The notes beneath the pieces are model-generated. The model did not search any database. It worked only from the letters and a program-made list of their open reading frames with translations, and was not told the origin of the DNA. Source: Heptranchias perlo (Eukaryota). Taken from it: 64,000 nt of DNA. Made by a program: the position numbers and the translations under genes. The stretch lies in assembly GCF_035084215.1 (NCBI RefSeq), contig NC_090336.1, positions 58,838,001 through 58,902,000 on the forward strand, given 5' to 3'. This document shows positions 49,014-61,166 of the stretch, piece after piece. Every line of letters starts with the position of its first letter. The first letter of the stretch is position 1.

Positions 49014-49583
49014 AAACTGGGATGAGAGCTCTGGGAAGAATCCATAAACAGCAGATAGAAACAGCCAGAATGAGGAGTTTGTACTATGTGTTTCAGTAAT
49101 ATTAGACACTATTTTATATACTAGCCAATCTCCACGGTGTTGCACACAAGGATCGTGACCCACTATATTCTTCAGGTGAAGAGGCCAGGCCTATGGATTT
49201 AAGAAAGATTTAGATGGGTATACTGCATGAAATATATACATATTCTGTCCCCATTTTAAAGTGATACATTCTGCCCTTATTTTCACATAATACTTTGATT
49301 TGATATTATTTATAGTCAAATAACAAAACTCAGCAATTTGGGAAGCAGATAGGTAGAGTTGGTTGGATGTAGAGGTTTCTCTGTAGTGCAGGCTGAGAGA
49401 TGGGAGATGCAAAACGGAGGCATTACAGCACCACCACTAGTGGGAGGGTGTAATTACAGCGTGACGGGTTTATTATAGGAAGTTTCTATTATAAATTTAT
49501 AATGGAAAAAAGTTGACACAAAATCGTGACAAAAGCATAACAGCAAGTAAGGTTTTGTAGATAGGAACTGAGTGCAGACATAA

Positions 49584-50351
49584 GGGGCATGATTTTAGCT
49601 GAGAGCCAGGAACTCAGCCCATCTTTAGATATTCACGTGGGGAACCCTGGAGCCAAATAAGTGCATTGTAATCTGCGACCCAATTGAAGGTGAGTATTTG
49701 TGCTTCCGAGCTTCCCACTTGCCAGGCAGCCAGATTGACAGGCTGGCTGATTATCGGGAGTGAAAGGAGCCGCAAATCAGAGAGCGGGCATGCGGGAGAG
49801 AGATCGTGGACCCTGGAACAAATCGGATGGGTGGCGGAGGTGGGGGGACGTGGATGACATCGGGAGGGCCTTAAATAAGATCGGGGGGTCCAGCATCGGG
49901 AAGGGCTGGGGGGGGAGGGGTGCTGACCAATCGCAGGGGTCCGATCGCGGCAGGTAAGATTGTTGGGCCTGGAAGAAACCTTCCTACTCCTCTGCGCACA
50001 AGCAGTGCAATAAAGGCACTCACCTAATGGACCTGGCCCTTCCCGCCTGCTTTCACCTGACATGAATCAGAAGCGATGGGAAACTCGAACGGGTAAGGTT
50101 AAATTTGTTTTACTTTTGTAATACACAAAAAATTAAGTACCTCAACTATTGCAATGAGGTACATTGCCCCTTTAAGTATCGGCCTGCTGACTTTAAGTGG
50201 GGGCGGGACTTCTGGGTGTCTGCTGCCTAACATGCCTGGCTCAAACCCGGAAGTGGGTGCGATGGAATCGGGATGCGGTCCCGCTCCAAAAAGCTGGCAC
50301 TTTAACCACCCACCCCCAACCCACCCGTTCTATGGGGTTAAAATTACCCCC
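49584..50351. mobile_element. Non-autonomous DNA transposon (Harbinger-like MITE)
   Basis: Ends ggggcatgatttta / taaaattaccccc, preceded by TAA; interior homologous to 28371-28725. Confidence 0.65.
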
Positions 50352-50429
50352 AAGATTTTTAATAAATTGATTTAAAATGAAAAATAATAGGCTTGCAAAT
50401 ATACAGTACTTTATTGAAACCTCTCATAA

Positions 50430-50531
50430 CACTTCACACAATGAATTACTTTTTACAGTGCAGTGACTTGTCCTGCAGGCAAATCTAGCATCAACACCAT
50501 CCCACTAACAGCAATGAGATAAATGACCAAT
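50430..50531 (-). mobile_element. DeuSINE fragment
   Basis: caatgaattacttttt..agtgcagtgac..cccactaacagcaatgagataaatgacca. Confidence 0.55.
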
Positions 50532-50549
50532 TATAGAATAGTTAGCTTA

Positions 50550-52600
50550 ACCTATAGACCAGTTAGCTTAACATCGGTGGTAGGAAAGATAATGGAATAG
50601 TTACACAAAGATAACATAAGAACATAAGAAATAGGAGCAGGAGTAGGCCAATCGGCCCCTCGAGCCTGCTCCGCCATTCAATAAGATCATGGCTGATCTG
50701 ATCCTAATCTCAAATCTAAATTCATGTCCAATTTCCTGCCCGCTCCCCGTAACCCCTAATTCCCTTTACTTCTAGGAAACTGTCTATTTCTGTTTTAAAT
50801 TTATTTAATGATGTAGCTTCCACAGCTTCCTGGGGCAGCAAATTCCACAGACCTACTACCCTCTGAGTGAAGAAGTTTCTCCTCATCTCAGTTTTGAAAG
50901 AGCAGCCCCTTATTCTAAGATTATGCCCCCCAGTTCTAGTTTCACCCATCCTTGGGAACATCCTTACCGCATCCACCCGATCAAGCCCCTTCAGAATCTT
51001 ATATGTTTCAATAAGATTGCCTCTCATTCTTCTGAACTCCAATGAGTAGAGTCCCAATCTACTCAACCTCTTCTCATATGTCCACCCCCTCATCCCCGGG
51101 ATTAACCGAGTGAACCTTCTTTGTACTGCCTCGAGAGCAAGTATGTCTTTTCTTAAGTATGGAGGCCAAAACTGTATGCAGTATTCCAGGTGCGGTCTCA
51201 CCAATACCTTATATAACTGCAGCAATACCTCCCTGTTTTTATATTCTATCCCCCGAGCAATAAAAGACAACATTCCGTTGGCCTTCTTGATTCAAAGATG
51301 TAATAGAAAAACATCAAGAAAACAAAAATATAACAAAGAATAGTCAGCATGGATTTCAGAAGGGAAAGTCATGCTTAACCAACCTTACTGAATTCTTTGA
51401 AGAAGTAACAGAAAGAGTAGCCAGGGGTAATATATTTGGATTTTCAAAAGGCCTTCAATGAGGTATCGCATTGTAGACTCATGACTAAGGTCAGAGCATG
51501 TAGATTCAGGGACAGATAGCAGAATAGATAGCAAGATACAAAAGAGAAAACAGAGAGTAGGGGTTAACTGTTGCTATTCAGACTGGCAAAAGGTGGGAAG
51601 TAGTAATCCACAGGGATCGGTACGGGGACCTCTATTGTTCACAATTTACATTAACGATTTGGACTCGGGGAATCGGATGTACAATTTCAAAATTTACAGA
51701 CACCAAATTGGGGAGTGTAATTAATACAAAGAAAGAATGTATCAAAGTGCAAGAAGGCATTAATAAACTTGCAGAATGGGCGTGTAATTGGCAAATGAAT
51801 TTTAATACAGATAAGTGTGTGGTGGTGCATTTTGGTAGGAAGAATAAGGAGGCCACATACTGCTTGGATAATAACAGTCTAAATGGGGTAGAGGAGCAAA
51901 GGGATCTCAGGGTACAGATACACAAATCACTAAAAGTAGCGATACAAGTTAATAAGGCAATAAAAAGTATTGGGGTTCATTTCTAGAGGGATAGAATTGA
52001 AAAGCAGAGAAGTTAGGTTAAACTTGTATAGAACTTTGGTTAGACCACACTTGGAGTATTGTGCACAGTTCTGGTCTCCATATTATAAAAAGGATGTAGA
52101 GACAATGGAGAAGGTGCAAAAAAGATTCACAAAGATGATATCAGAACTGAGAGGATATACTTATCAGGAAAGGCTGGAGCTCTTTTCTCTAGAAAAGAGA
52201 AGGCTGAGGGGTGACCTGATAGAGGTCTTTAAGATAATTAAAGGGTTTGATAAGGTACACGTAGAGAAAATGTTTCCACTTGTGGGGGGTGGGGGGGGGG
52301 GTGGGAGTCCAAAACTAGAGGTCATAAATATAAGCTAATAAATCCAATAGGGAATTCAGAAGAAACCTCTTTACCCAGAGAGTGGTAAAAATGTGGAATG
52401 CACTACTACAAGGAGTAGTTGAGGCGAATAGCATAGATGCATTTAAGGGGAAGCTAGATAAACACACAAGGGAGAAAGGAATAGAAGGATATTCTGATAG
52501 GGTTAGATGAAGTAGAGAGGGAGGAGGCAAGTGTGGAGCATAAAAGCCGGCAAAGAACAGTTGGGCCGAAAAGCCTGTTTCTGTGCTGTAGACTTGTTGT
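50550..52600 (+). mobile_element. CR1 LINE (RT region to 3' end), degenerate, host of a nested CR1
   Basis: YRPVSLTSVVGKIME | KD..SQHGFQKGKSCLTNL..WQMNFNTDKC..LVRPHLEYCAQFWSP; TSD caaagat at 50606-50612 and 51293-51299. Confidence 0.9.
50613..51292 (-). mobile_element. Younger nested CR1 3' fragment (uninterrupted 183-aa frame)
   Basis: ORF 50722-51273 is the CR1 ORF2 C-terminus; (aacataag)n tail. Confidence 0.93.
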
Positions 52601-52609
52601 AACTTGAAG

Positions 52610-53415
52610 TGAATATTGGGAAGACCAAAGCCATTGTCTTCGGCCCCTACCACAAACTCTGTTCTCTAGCCATCGATTCCATCCCCCTTGCTAGCCACAG
52701 TCTGAGGCTGGACCAGACTGTTTGCAATCTCAGCGTTCTGTTTGACCCTGAGCTGAGCTTCTGATCCCATGTCCTCACCATCACCAAGACTGCCTATTTC
52801 CACCACCATAATGTCACCCGTCTCCGCCCCTGCCTCGACCCATTTGCTGCTGAAACCCTCATCCATGCCTTTGTTACCTCAAGACTCGACTATTCCAATG
52901 CTTTCCTGGCCAGCTTCCCATCTTCCACCCTCCGTATACTTGAGCTCATCCAAAATTCTGCTGCCTGTATCCTAACTTGCACCAAGTCCCATTCACCCAT
53001 CACCCCTGTGCTTGCTGACCTACATTGGCTAGCAAAGCCTCAAATTTAAAATTCTCATCCTTGTGTTCAATCCATGGCCTCACCCATCCCTATCTCTGTA
53101 ACTTACTCCAGTCCTACAATCCTCCAAGATCTCTGCGCTCCTCCAGTTCTGGCCTCTAGTGCATCCCCAATTTTCTTCTCTCCACCATTGCTGTGCCTTC
53201 AGCTGCTTAGGCCCTAAGCACTGGAATTCCCCCCTAAAGCTCTCCACCTCTTTTAAGATGCTCCTTAACATCTACCTCTTTGACCAAGCTTTTGGACACC
53301 TGTCCTAATATCTCCTTTTGTAGCTCAGTGTCAAATTTTGTCTGATAACACTCCTGTGAAGCGCTTTGGGACATGTTACTACATTAAAGGTGCTATTTAA
53401 ATTCAAGTTGTTGTT
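52610..53415 (+). mobile_element. L2 LINE 3' fragment
   Basis: aatattgggaagaccaaagcc (N.GKT)..IHAFVTSRLDYSN region..tail. Confidence 0.9.
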
Positions 53416-53465
53416 AAAATGAAAGGGGGGGAAAAAAAAATCAGCAAAAGCTGGAAATCTGAAAC

Positions 53466-53550
53466 AAATGACCAGATAATCTGTTTCTTTTTTTGGTGGT
53501 ATTGACTGAGAGCAGAATATTGGCCAGGAAAACTCCCTTCTTTTCTCCCA
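53466..53550 (-). mobile_element. DeuSINE fragment
   Basis: aatgaccagataatctgttt..aatattggccagg. Confidence 0.5.
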
Positions 53551-54032
53551 GTAGTATGACAGTGAAAACAAGGTAAAGCATGAATTCTTCAGCTTTTTCT
53601 GAGGTAATTTCCTTGAAAAAAACAATTCAAGTAACGATATTCAAGGGTTGTTTATGACATGTTGCAAGTGTGACAAAGGAGACTTAAGAATGCCAATTTA
53701 CAGAGTTAGATCTTCATATTCTGTAATGTTTCGAGAGCAGGCCAACATCTGCCTTCCATTTATTGTTTATGCTCAAAAACAATAGTTTTGCAAAGAAATA
53801 AATGTTTTCATGTAACTGTGGCATTTATTTATTTACATGAAAAGAGTAAAGAAAATACAAAATTATTTTCCAGGAACCAATCAATAAAAAACATTTACAG
53901 AAATGTCCCTGGAGAGGTCTCTTACTGACTTCCTTTCAAGTTCTTTCACTGGATGGACTACCCTACTTCCATAAACAAACATCCCTTTCCCCATTGCAAC
54001 AGTATAATATCTGATTCACCATAAGCAGTATC

Positions 54033-54462
54033 AGGTGCCAGTTGTGGCTCAATTGGTAGCACGCTTGTCTTTGAGTTAGAAGGTGGGTGGGTTCAAGTCT
54101 CACTCCAGAGATTTGAGCACATAATCCAGGTTGACAGTACCGAACTGTCGGAGGTGCTACCTTTTGGGTGAGACGTTAAACTGAGGCCTCCGTCTGCCCT
54201 CTCAGGTGGATGTAAAATATCCCATGCCACTTTTTGAAGAAGAGCAGAGGAGTTCTCCCCTGATGTCCTGGTCAATATTAATCCCTCAACCAACATCGCT
54301 ACAAAAAACAGATTATCTGATCATTATCAAATTCCTGTTGGTGCGCAAATTGGCTGCTGTGTAGCCTATGTTACATCGGTGACTACATTTCAAAAGTGCT
54401 TCATTGGCTGTAAAGCATTTTGGGATGTCGTGAAAGGCGGCAATGTAAGTTTTTCTTTTCTT
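54033..54462 (+). mobile_element. DeuSINE
   Basis: Head with A/B boxes, Deu core, tail. Confidence 0.87.
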
Positions 54463-55214
54463 GGAAAATCTGCTAGTATATCTATGTAAAATTGGTACAT
54501 CTAGTGCATGTTTTCCATCATATTTTCCTGTCTGACACTTCCTACGTCATGCTTCACACTTTGGATGTTTCACCTTGTCGTATGCACATTTCTTGCAGTT
54601 AGTTGACACAAATTTCATTTGCATAAAACAGCAATAAAGCACAATTGAATAGATAGTTTCTACTTGGTGATTGGTAAGTTGCCTAAGAATGAAAACCGCC
54701 AAGCTAACAGGCATCAATAAAAGAAATGAAAAACTGACCCACTCAAATTGCATCAATATTTTTTGAATGCCATTGGCCACCATCTTGGGTTCTCCACTAA
54801 GTTGATACTTACCACTGGAAATAGGGATCGTAACATAATGAAGACATAAAATATAAAATTAATACAAGAAAATTATGAAAGCTACTTATACGATAGCAGT
54901 GACTGCATTTGAAATGCCTGTAACAAGATTTCCCATCAGAGGTCTTGTCTATGGGAGAAGTCTGATCCTTGAGTTTCTGGACTCATCACTGTTAGCTGAA
55001 GAGACTCGAACTAGATGGCTCCAGATCCCCAGCATGCACCTGTGTGCACAACTTCCAGAAATTGTTCTGACTGACAAGATAGCCCATTCACAGAGCATTT
55101 TCAGCACAGTGACTATAACTAGAAAGTGTGTTTTTAGATAAAATATCAGACGCAAAGTAAGATATAAATTCTTAAACATTTTCTGAGTTAAGTTTCATGA
55201 AAAAAGCAATTTAT

Positions 55215-56220
55215 ATTACGTAGAATGTACAGCACAGAAACAGGCCATTCAGTCTAACAAGTCCATGCCAGTGTTTATGCTCCACAAGAGCCTTCTCCCT
55301 CCCTTATTCATTTAACCCCATTAACATATCCTTCCATTCCTTTCTCCCTCATGTGTTTATCTAGCTTCCCCTTAAATGCATCTATGCTATTCGCCTCAAC
55401 TACTCCTTGTGGTAGTGAGTTCCACATTCTAACCACCCTCTGGATAAAGAAGTTTCTTCCGAACTCCCTATTGGATTTATCAGTGACTATCTTATATTTA
55501 TGGTCCCTGGTTCTGGTCTCCCCTGCAAGTGAAAACATCTTCTCTACATCTGTCCTATCAAATCCTTTCATAATCTTAAAGACCTCTATCAGGTCACCCC
55601 TCAGTCTTCTCTTTTCTAGGTATAACCTCTCAGTTCTGGTATCATCCTAGTAAATCTTTTTTGCAACTTCTCCAGCGCCTCTATACCCTTTTTATAATAT
55701 GGAGACCAGAACTGTTCACAGTACTCCAAGTGTGGTCTAACTAAGGTTCTATACAAGTTTAACATAATTTCCCTGCTTTTCAATTCTATTTCTCTAGAAA
55801 TGAACCCCAGTGTTTTGTTTGCCTTTTTTAAATGGCCTTATTAATTTGCGTCGCTACTTTTAGTGGTTTGTATATCTGTACCCCTAGGTCCCTATGCTCC
55901 TCTACCCCATTTAGACTCTTATTTTCCAAGGAATATGTGGCCTCCTTATTCTTCCTATCAAAATGTACCACCTCACACTTACCTATATTGAAATTCATTT
56001 GCCAATTATACGCCCATTCTGCAAGTTTATTAATGTCTTCCTGCATTTTGTCCAGTCCTCCTCAGTATTAACTATACCCCCAATTTGGTGTCATCTGCAA
56101 ATTTTGAAATTGTACTTCCGATTCCTGAGTCCAAGTCATTTATGTAAATAGTGAACAACAGTGGTCCCAGCACCGATCCCTATGGAACACCACTTCCCAC
56201 CTTTTGCCAGTCTGAGTAAC
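55215..56220 (-). mobile_element. CR1 LINE 3' fragment
   Basis: QEDINKLAEWAYNWQMNFN; FFIQRVVRMWNSLPQG. Confidence 0.92.
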
Positions 56221-56899
56221 TATACTCAAGCTACCGTTTACAGCATATTACATGTATAAAATGAAACTTTAAACAAGATGCCAGATTTTGAAGTGGAATC
56301 TTTATATGTTGTGATGTATTCTAAATGCTAATAGCTGCTGCATTCCTTTCATTTGTTTATATTGAGAATGTGAAAATGATTGTTCATTTGAACAGGTTTC
56401 TTTATATACTGCAACTCTAATATTTATTTACCCACAGTGCATAAGAACACTATTTAATTTCCAGGAGTTAATCAATTATTTGATTGTTGCTGGGGAGATC
56501 TTTTACAAACTTCTTTCCAACTTCTTTCACTGGAGATGTACATCTATCCCCAGTTTCCACAACCAGCACTCCCCTTGCAACAGGATAACTTTTGACCCAC
56601 TATAACCAAAGTCGTGGAGAATTTGCGTGTACCTTTGTAGAATTTTGGAGATACACCTGTCACACTTGAGGTATCATATTGCCACGTGAGCAAAGTTCCA
56701 CATCACATTTAAAAAAAAAGAAATCAGCCATTTCCAATTTGTGGAGAAAATAGCTTCTAACTGACTTCAGAAGCCACACTTAAAAATATATATGCAAGTA
56801 AGAAAGAAAACAAGTCTCACCTTTAATTAACCCGAGGATCTGCTTGAGAGCAATTAGCCTCCAACTGTCCTCAGGAAGGGACAGCAATTAGATCACGAA

Positions 56900-57130
56900 T
56901 AGAGTAGTGAGTATGTGGAACTCATCACCACGAGGAGTGGTTGAGGTGAATAGTATAGATGCATTTAAGGGGAAGCTAGATAAGTACATGAGGGAGAAAG
57001 GAATAGAAGGATATGTTGATAGGGTGAGATGAAGTGACTAGAGTGACAGGAAGCTCGTGTGGAGCATAAACATTGGCATGGATTGGTTGGGCCAAATGGC
57101 CTGTTTCTGTGCTGTAAATTCTATATAATT
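56900..57130 (+). mobile_element. CR1 3' tail
   Basis: Same subfamily as 52380-52600. Confidence 0.82.
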
Positions 57131-57450
57131 CCCATCATTATTATACAATATACTGTCTGACCTATTGTGAGCATTTTGGGAGTTCATTCAAAATCATTGG
57201 GATATCTCTGGTTTCATTGGTCTTTATTGGTTGGGTAATTTACATATTTATACATATTGATAAAAATTAAAGTATCCACTGTATTTTTCCACCTAAACAG
57301 GTTTATTTTTTGAGGGTATGTGCTCAGCTTATGATAATCCAATGAAAATATGCTTTATTAAATAACGTCAGAAATCTATGAAGATTTTTGCTTGTTCCTT
57401 TATAGAACTGATTATACGGTATCAACAAAATCTTCTCTGGAAATGATCTT

Positions 57451-58203
57451 GGCCCGGAATTTGCTCTGAGTGGTGAACGAACGGCACCCGTTGCTCATTA
57501 GACTTGCACTTACCAATAAACTTTTTTGTTTATTTTCATGGCAAGTTCCTCTCATGGGGCGCTGAATCCAAAATGGCACGTTTTACAGGGCATCTGGGAC
57601 GTGTGTGAACGGGGCAATCAGGTTAAAGTGTCTGATGTGCAGCAAAGAGTCAAAACCAGGAAGTATGAGTTGGAATAGTGAATTCAATATCAGATCAGGT
57701 ACAGAAAGTGAAATAAAGAGGGGGCAAGAAATATTGAATTAAGAGACAGAGATAAAAGAGACAGAAAGAAAAAGTAAAAAAAATTTTAAATTTTTTTTTT
57801 AAAAAGTCCAACAATTAAAATCTGAAGGAATGAGACTCCACACTTGTTAAAGCAAATTTTCAGTGCCAGAGAGGTTGTTTGGCAGTCATTAAGACTTAGC
57901 ATGCCATTAAAAGTGTGCTTCAACTTTAAGTAACTTGATGTACCTTTTCCTTGGCGAGATTAGTTCGTATCCATTAGGGCAGTGCAGGAACTTCATGCCG
58001 TTCGATTCATTTCAACGGTGAGTCAGCCGGCGAGATCTCCTTCCCACGAAGCTTCTGGAGGAGCAGGGCATCCAGTAGAGGAACTCACGGATTTCCGCAT
58101 TTAACTGCGCATGTGCGGTCGCCAGAAGTTGCTCTGCCGTTTGCACTGAAATAACGGTGAGCCCTGTTAAGCTCACCATTATTTTCAGAGCAAAATCAGG
58201 CCC
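57451..58203. mobile_element. Non-autonomous DNA transposon (Harbinger-like MITE)
   Basis: TIRs ggcccggaatttgctctga / tcagagcaaaatcaggccc. Confidence 0.7.
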
Positions 58204-58487
58204 AATGTGTTGGCATGAGTTCAAGAGTTCATCAGATGTGCAAACAAATCTCACTGGAAAATTCTTGAAAAGGCGCATTCATTACAATTACTCTTGCAAT
58301 AAGTTTTATACTTGTTACAAAGATTGGGTTAGGAAAACAGAAAAGGTAATTTTACACAAGATATACCAATGAAAGACAAAATGACCTTGATCCAAAACAG
58401 TTCTCTTTCTTACAGTGGATCAAGTGCTGAAATAACAGTATGAAAATTGTGCAGAAAGATTCAATTCTCCATTCAAAACAGATCCCA

Positions 58488-58677
58488 ATGATCAGAACCA
58501 GGAAATACTTCATATAAATATGATCAGACCCTGAAAATACTTCATATAAATGTGATCAGACCCTGGAAATACTCCATATAAATATGATCAGAATCAGGAA
58601 ATACTTCATATAAATATGATCAGACCCTGAAAATACTTCATATAAATGTGATCAGACCCTGGAAATACTTCATATAA
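58488..58677. repeat. 32-bp minisatellite x6 with 96-bp higher-order period
   Basis: Unit (a/g)tgatcagaccctggaaatacttcatataaat, with variants in order A-B-C-A-B-C. Confidence 0.93.
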
Positions 58678-59207
58678 CCCACAACTTACTTTAGTTTTTA
58701 CCAGATAATGAGGAAATCGACCAAGAATTATTGTGGCATAATTTGTACTTCATTCATTCAACATTCGTCACTTCTGTCTCTTATCTCCCTTTATGTAGAA
58801 TAGATCGTGGAGTAGCCTGGTTAGAGTGCGCATTAATGAGTGACAAAATGCGAAGAAAGCCAAGTTTCCAGTAGATGTGGTTTACAGAAAGTGTATGTCA
58901 GATATGATAAATATAGCAGTGAAAAGATGGGTTGCTGCAACAACTCCCTTGAGCTATGGTTTCCTTTGCCAAAAACTGCGCAAAATTATTAAAAACAAAT
59001 TCTTGGCAGTTAACTTGAAAGGGATTGGTTTGGAATGTTATCGTTCAGTGTATAAAAATCTGTGAACTTGTTGGTGCGCTCCAGATAAATGGTTATGGCT
59101 CATAGACACCTGGTACTTTGGGCACACAGAAAGATTTGCTATGATTAAGGGAAAATAGTCTAAATCTGTTTTTAGTGACTTGATTCTTTTTTTTGTGTTT
59201 CAAAAAA

Positions 59208-59878
59208 AGACATAGAAACATAGGAACATTAGTAAACCCTCGAGCCTGCTCCACCATTCAATTAGATCACGGCTGATCTATACCTCAACCCCATTTACCC
59301 ACCTTCGCTCCATATCCCTTGATACCCTTCCCTAACGAAAATCTATTGATCTCAGTATTGATAGCTCCAATTGACCCTCAGCATCCACAGCCTTTTGGGG
59401 GAGTGAGTTCCAGGTTTTTACTACCCTTTGTGTGAAGAAGTGCTTCCTGATTTCCCTCCTGAATGGCCTGGCTCTAAATTTAAGATTATGTCCCCTCGTT
59501 CTTGAATTCCCCATCAGAGCAAATAGTTTCTCTCTATCGACCTTATCAACTCCTTTAACCATCTTAAACATTTCAATTAGATCACCCTTTAATCTTCTAT
59601 ACTCAAGGGAATACGAACCTAGTCCGTGTAACCTGTCCTCATAATTTAACTCTTTTAGCCCCGATATAATTCAGAAGAATCTGCGCTGCACCCCTTCCAA
59701 GGTCAAAATATCCTTCCTGAGGTGCGGTGTCCAGAACTGAATGCAGTTACTCCAGATGGGGTCCAAGCAGAGCTTTACATAACTGTGGCATAACTTCTAC
59801 CCCATTGTATTTCACCCACATTGAGATAAAGGCCAACATTCTATTAGCCTTTTAAATTATATTTTGTACCTGTTGCTT
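59208..59878 (-). mobile_element. CR1 LINE 3' fragment
   Basis: TRGHNLKFRARPFRREIRKHFFTQRVVKTWNSLP. Confidence 0.9.
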
Positions 59879-60234
59879 AGACCCAATGCCACAATCCAAA
59901 CATAAGCATGTGGAGGTTGTGAAACTTGCCCTGTTTATGCTGATTTTACAGTAATCCAATGACCATCCACTTTTCTTTTCAACATTGTGAACTGTGAAAA
60001 TTTTGTTTGTAAATGCAGCAGGCATCAACACTGTATTTGTTTTCTTTCTCATTAAGAGGTTGTGGATTTATTGCTGGTTTAATGTAGGTGAATCCAATTT
60101 GGCCAAAAATCTTGCTTTTCTCCTTGGCAGCAAAAAAAAAAGCATTAAATATCCAGTGGACAGAATTTTTGGTCTGTAGTGAACTTTTCCCTCACCTGTT
60201 CCCAAAATTTACCACACAACACAAAATGATAATT

Positions 60235-60640
60235 GTTTTAAAATTCTCATCCTTGTGTTCAAATCCCTCCATGGCCTCACTCCTCCCTATCTCTGTAACC
60301 TCCTCCAGCCTGACAACCCTCCCAGAATCCTGCCTTCCTGCAACTCTGGCCTCTCATGCATCCCCCACTCCCTTCGCCCCTGCATTGCTGTGCCTTCAGC
60401 TGCCTGGGCCTTAAACTCTGGAATTCCCTCCACTAAATCATCCCTCCTCTCTACTTCTTTCTCCTCCTTTAAGAAGCTGCTTAAAACTTACCTCTTTGAC
60501 CAAGCATATGGTCACCTTCCCTAATATCTCCTTATGTGGCTCCGTGTCAAATTTTGTTTGATAACGCTCCTGAGAGGTGCCTTGGGACGTTTCACTATGT
60601 TAAAAGGCACTATATAAATACAAATTGCTATTGTTATTGT
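60235..60640 (+). mobile_element. L2 LINE 3' fragment
   Basis: FKSLHGLTPPYL..FKKLLKTYLF. Confidence 0.88.
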
Positions 60641-61166
60641 TTTACTAGGAGCTACTGTGTATCTTTATACATTATTTAATACCTTTTAGAAGAATGGTAA
60701 CAACAGACTGGGCGATTGATACCGGTGTGTACAATAATCATTTACTGGAGTAACTGTTCAGTCTAAGAACTATGGGGGCTGAACAAAGCTTAGTTTAACG
60801 CCAGACTGATTGAACCTGCCAAATTCCTAATAGTTGAAATTTCTGGTCCAGATTTGATTTGTTAATTAAAAAACAAAAGGATTGAATTGCTTTTGCAGAT
60901 TTGGAAATATTTTCAAAATTCAAAACCATCCAATGCATTGTAGTTATGCAAAATATCATTGGATAAGATTCTGCTCCCCAGTTATAAAAGGAATTACACA
61001 CACAAATTTCTCACTGTAGTTAATTGTCACATCCCCATGTTGCTGCAGGAAAGTAACTCGCTACAGTTATAGTTTGCTCTAAGAACTGTGGAAAAGAGCA
61101 ATGCTTCAAACAAAAGCATTATTAACAGATAGGAAGGTAGGTACGTAGGTTTTAGGTAACAGATCA

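Noticed and set aside
55105-55140. V(D)J recombination signal (CACAGTG heptamer) or immunoglobulin locus
   Set aside because: No ACAAAAACC-like nonamer at 12/23 spacing and no V/J coding segments seen
54547-55179. Cluster of 76-88 aa ORFs in unique sequence
   Set aside because: No recognisable motifs or consistent splice signals; within the chance range
58488-58677. CRISPR-like array (32-bp repeats)
   Set aside because: Units are directly adjacent with no unique spacers, there are no cas genes, and the context is eukaryotic
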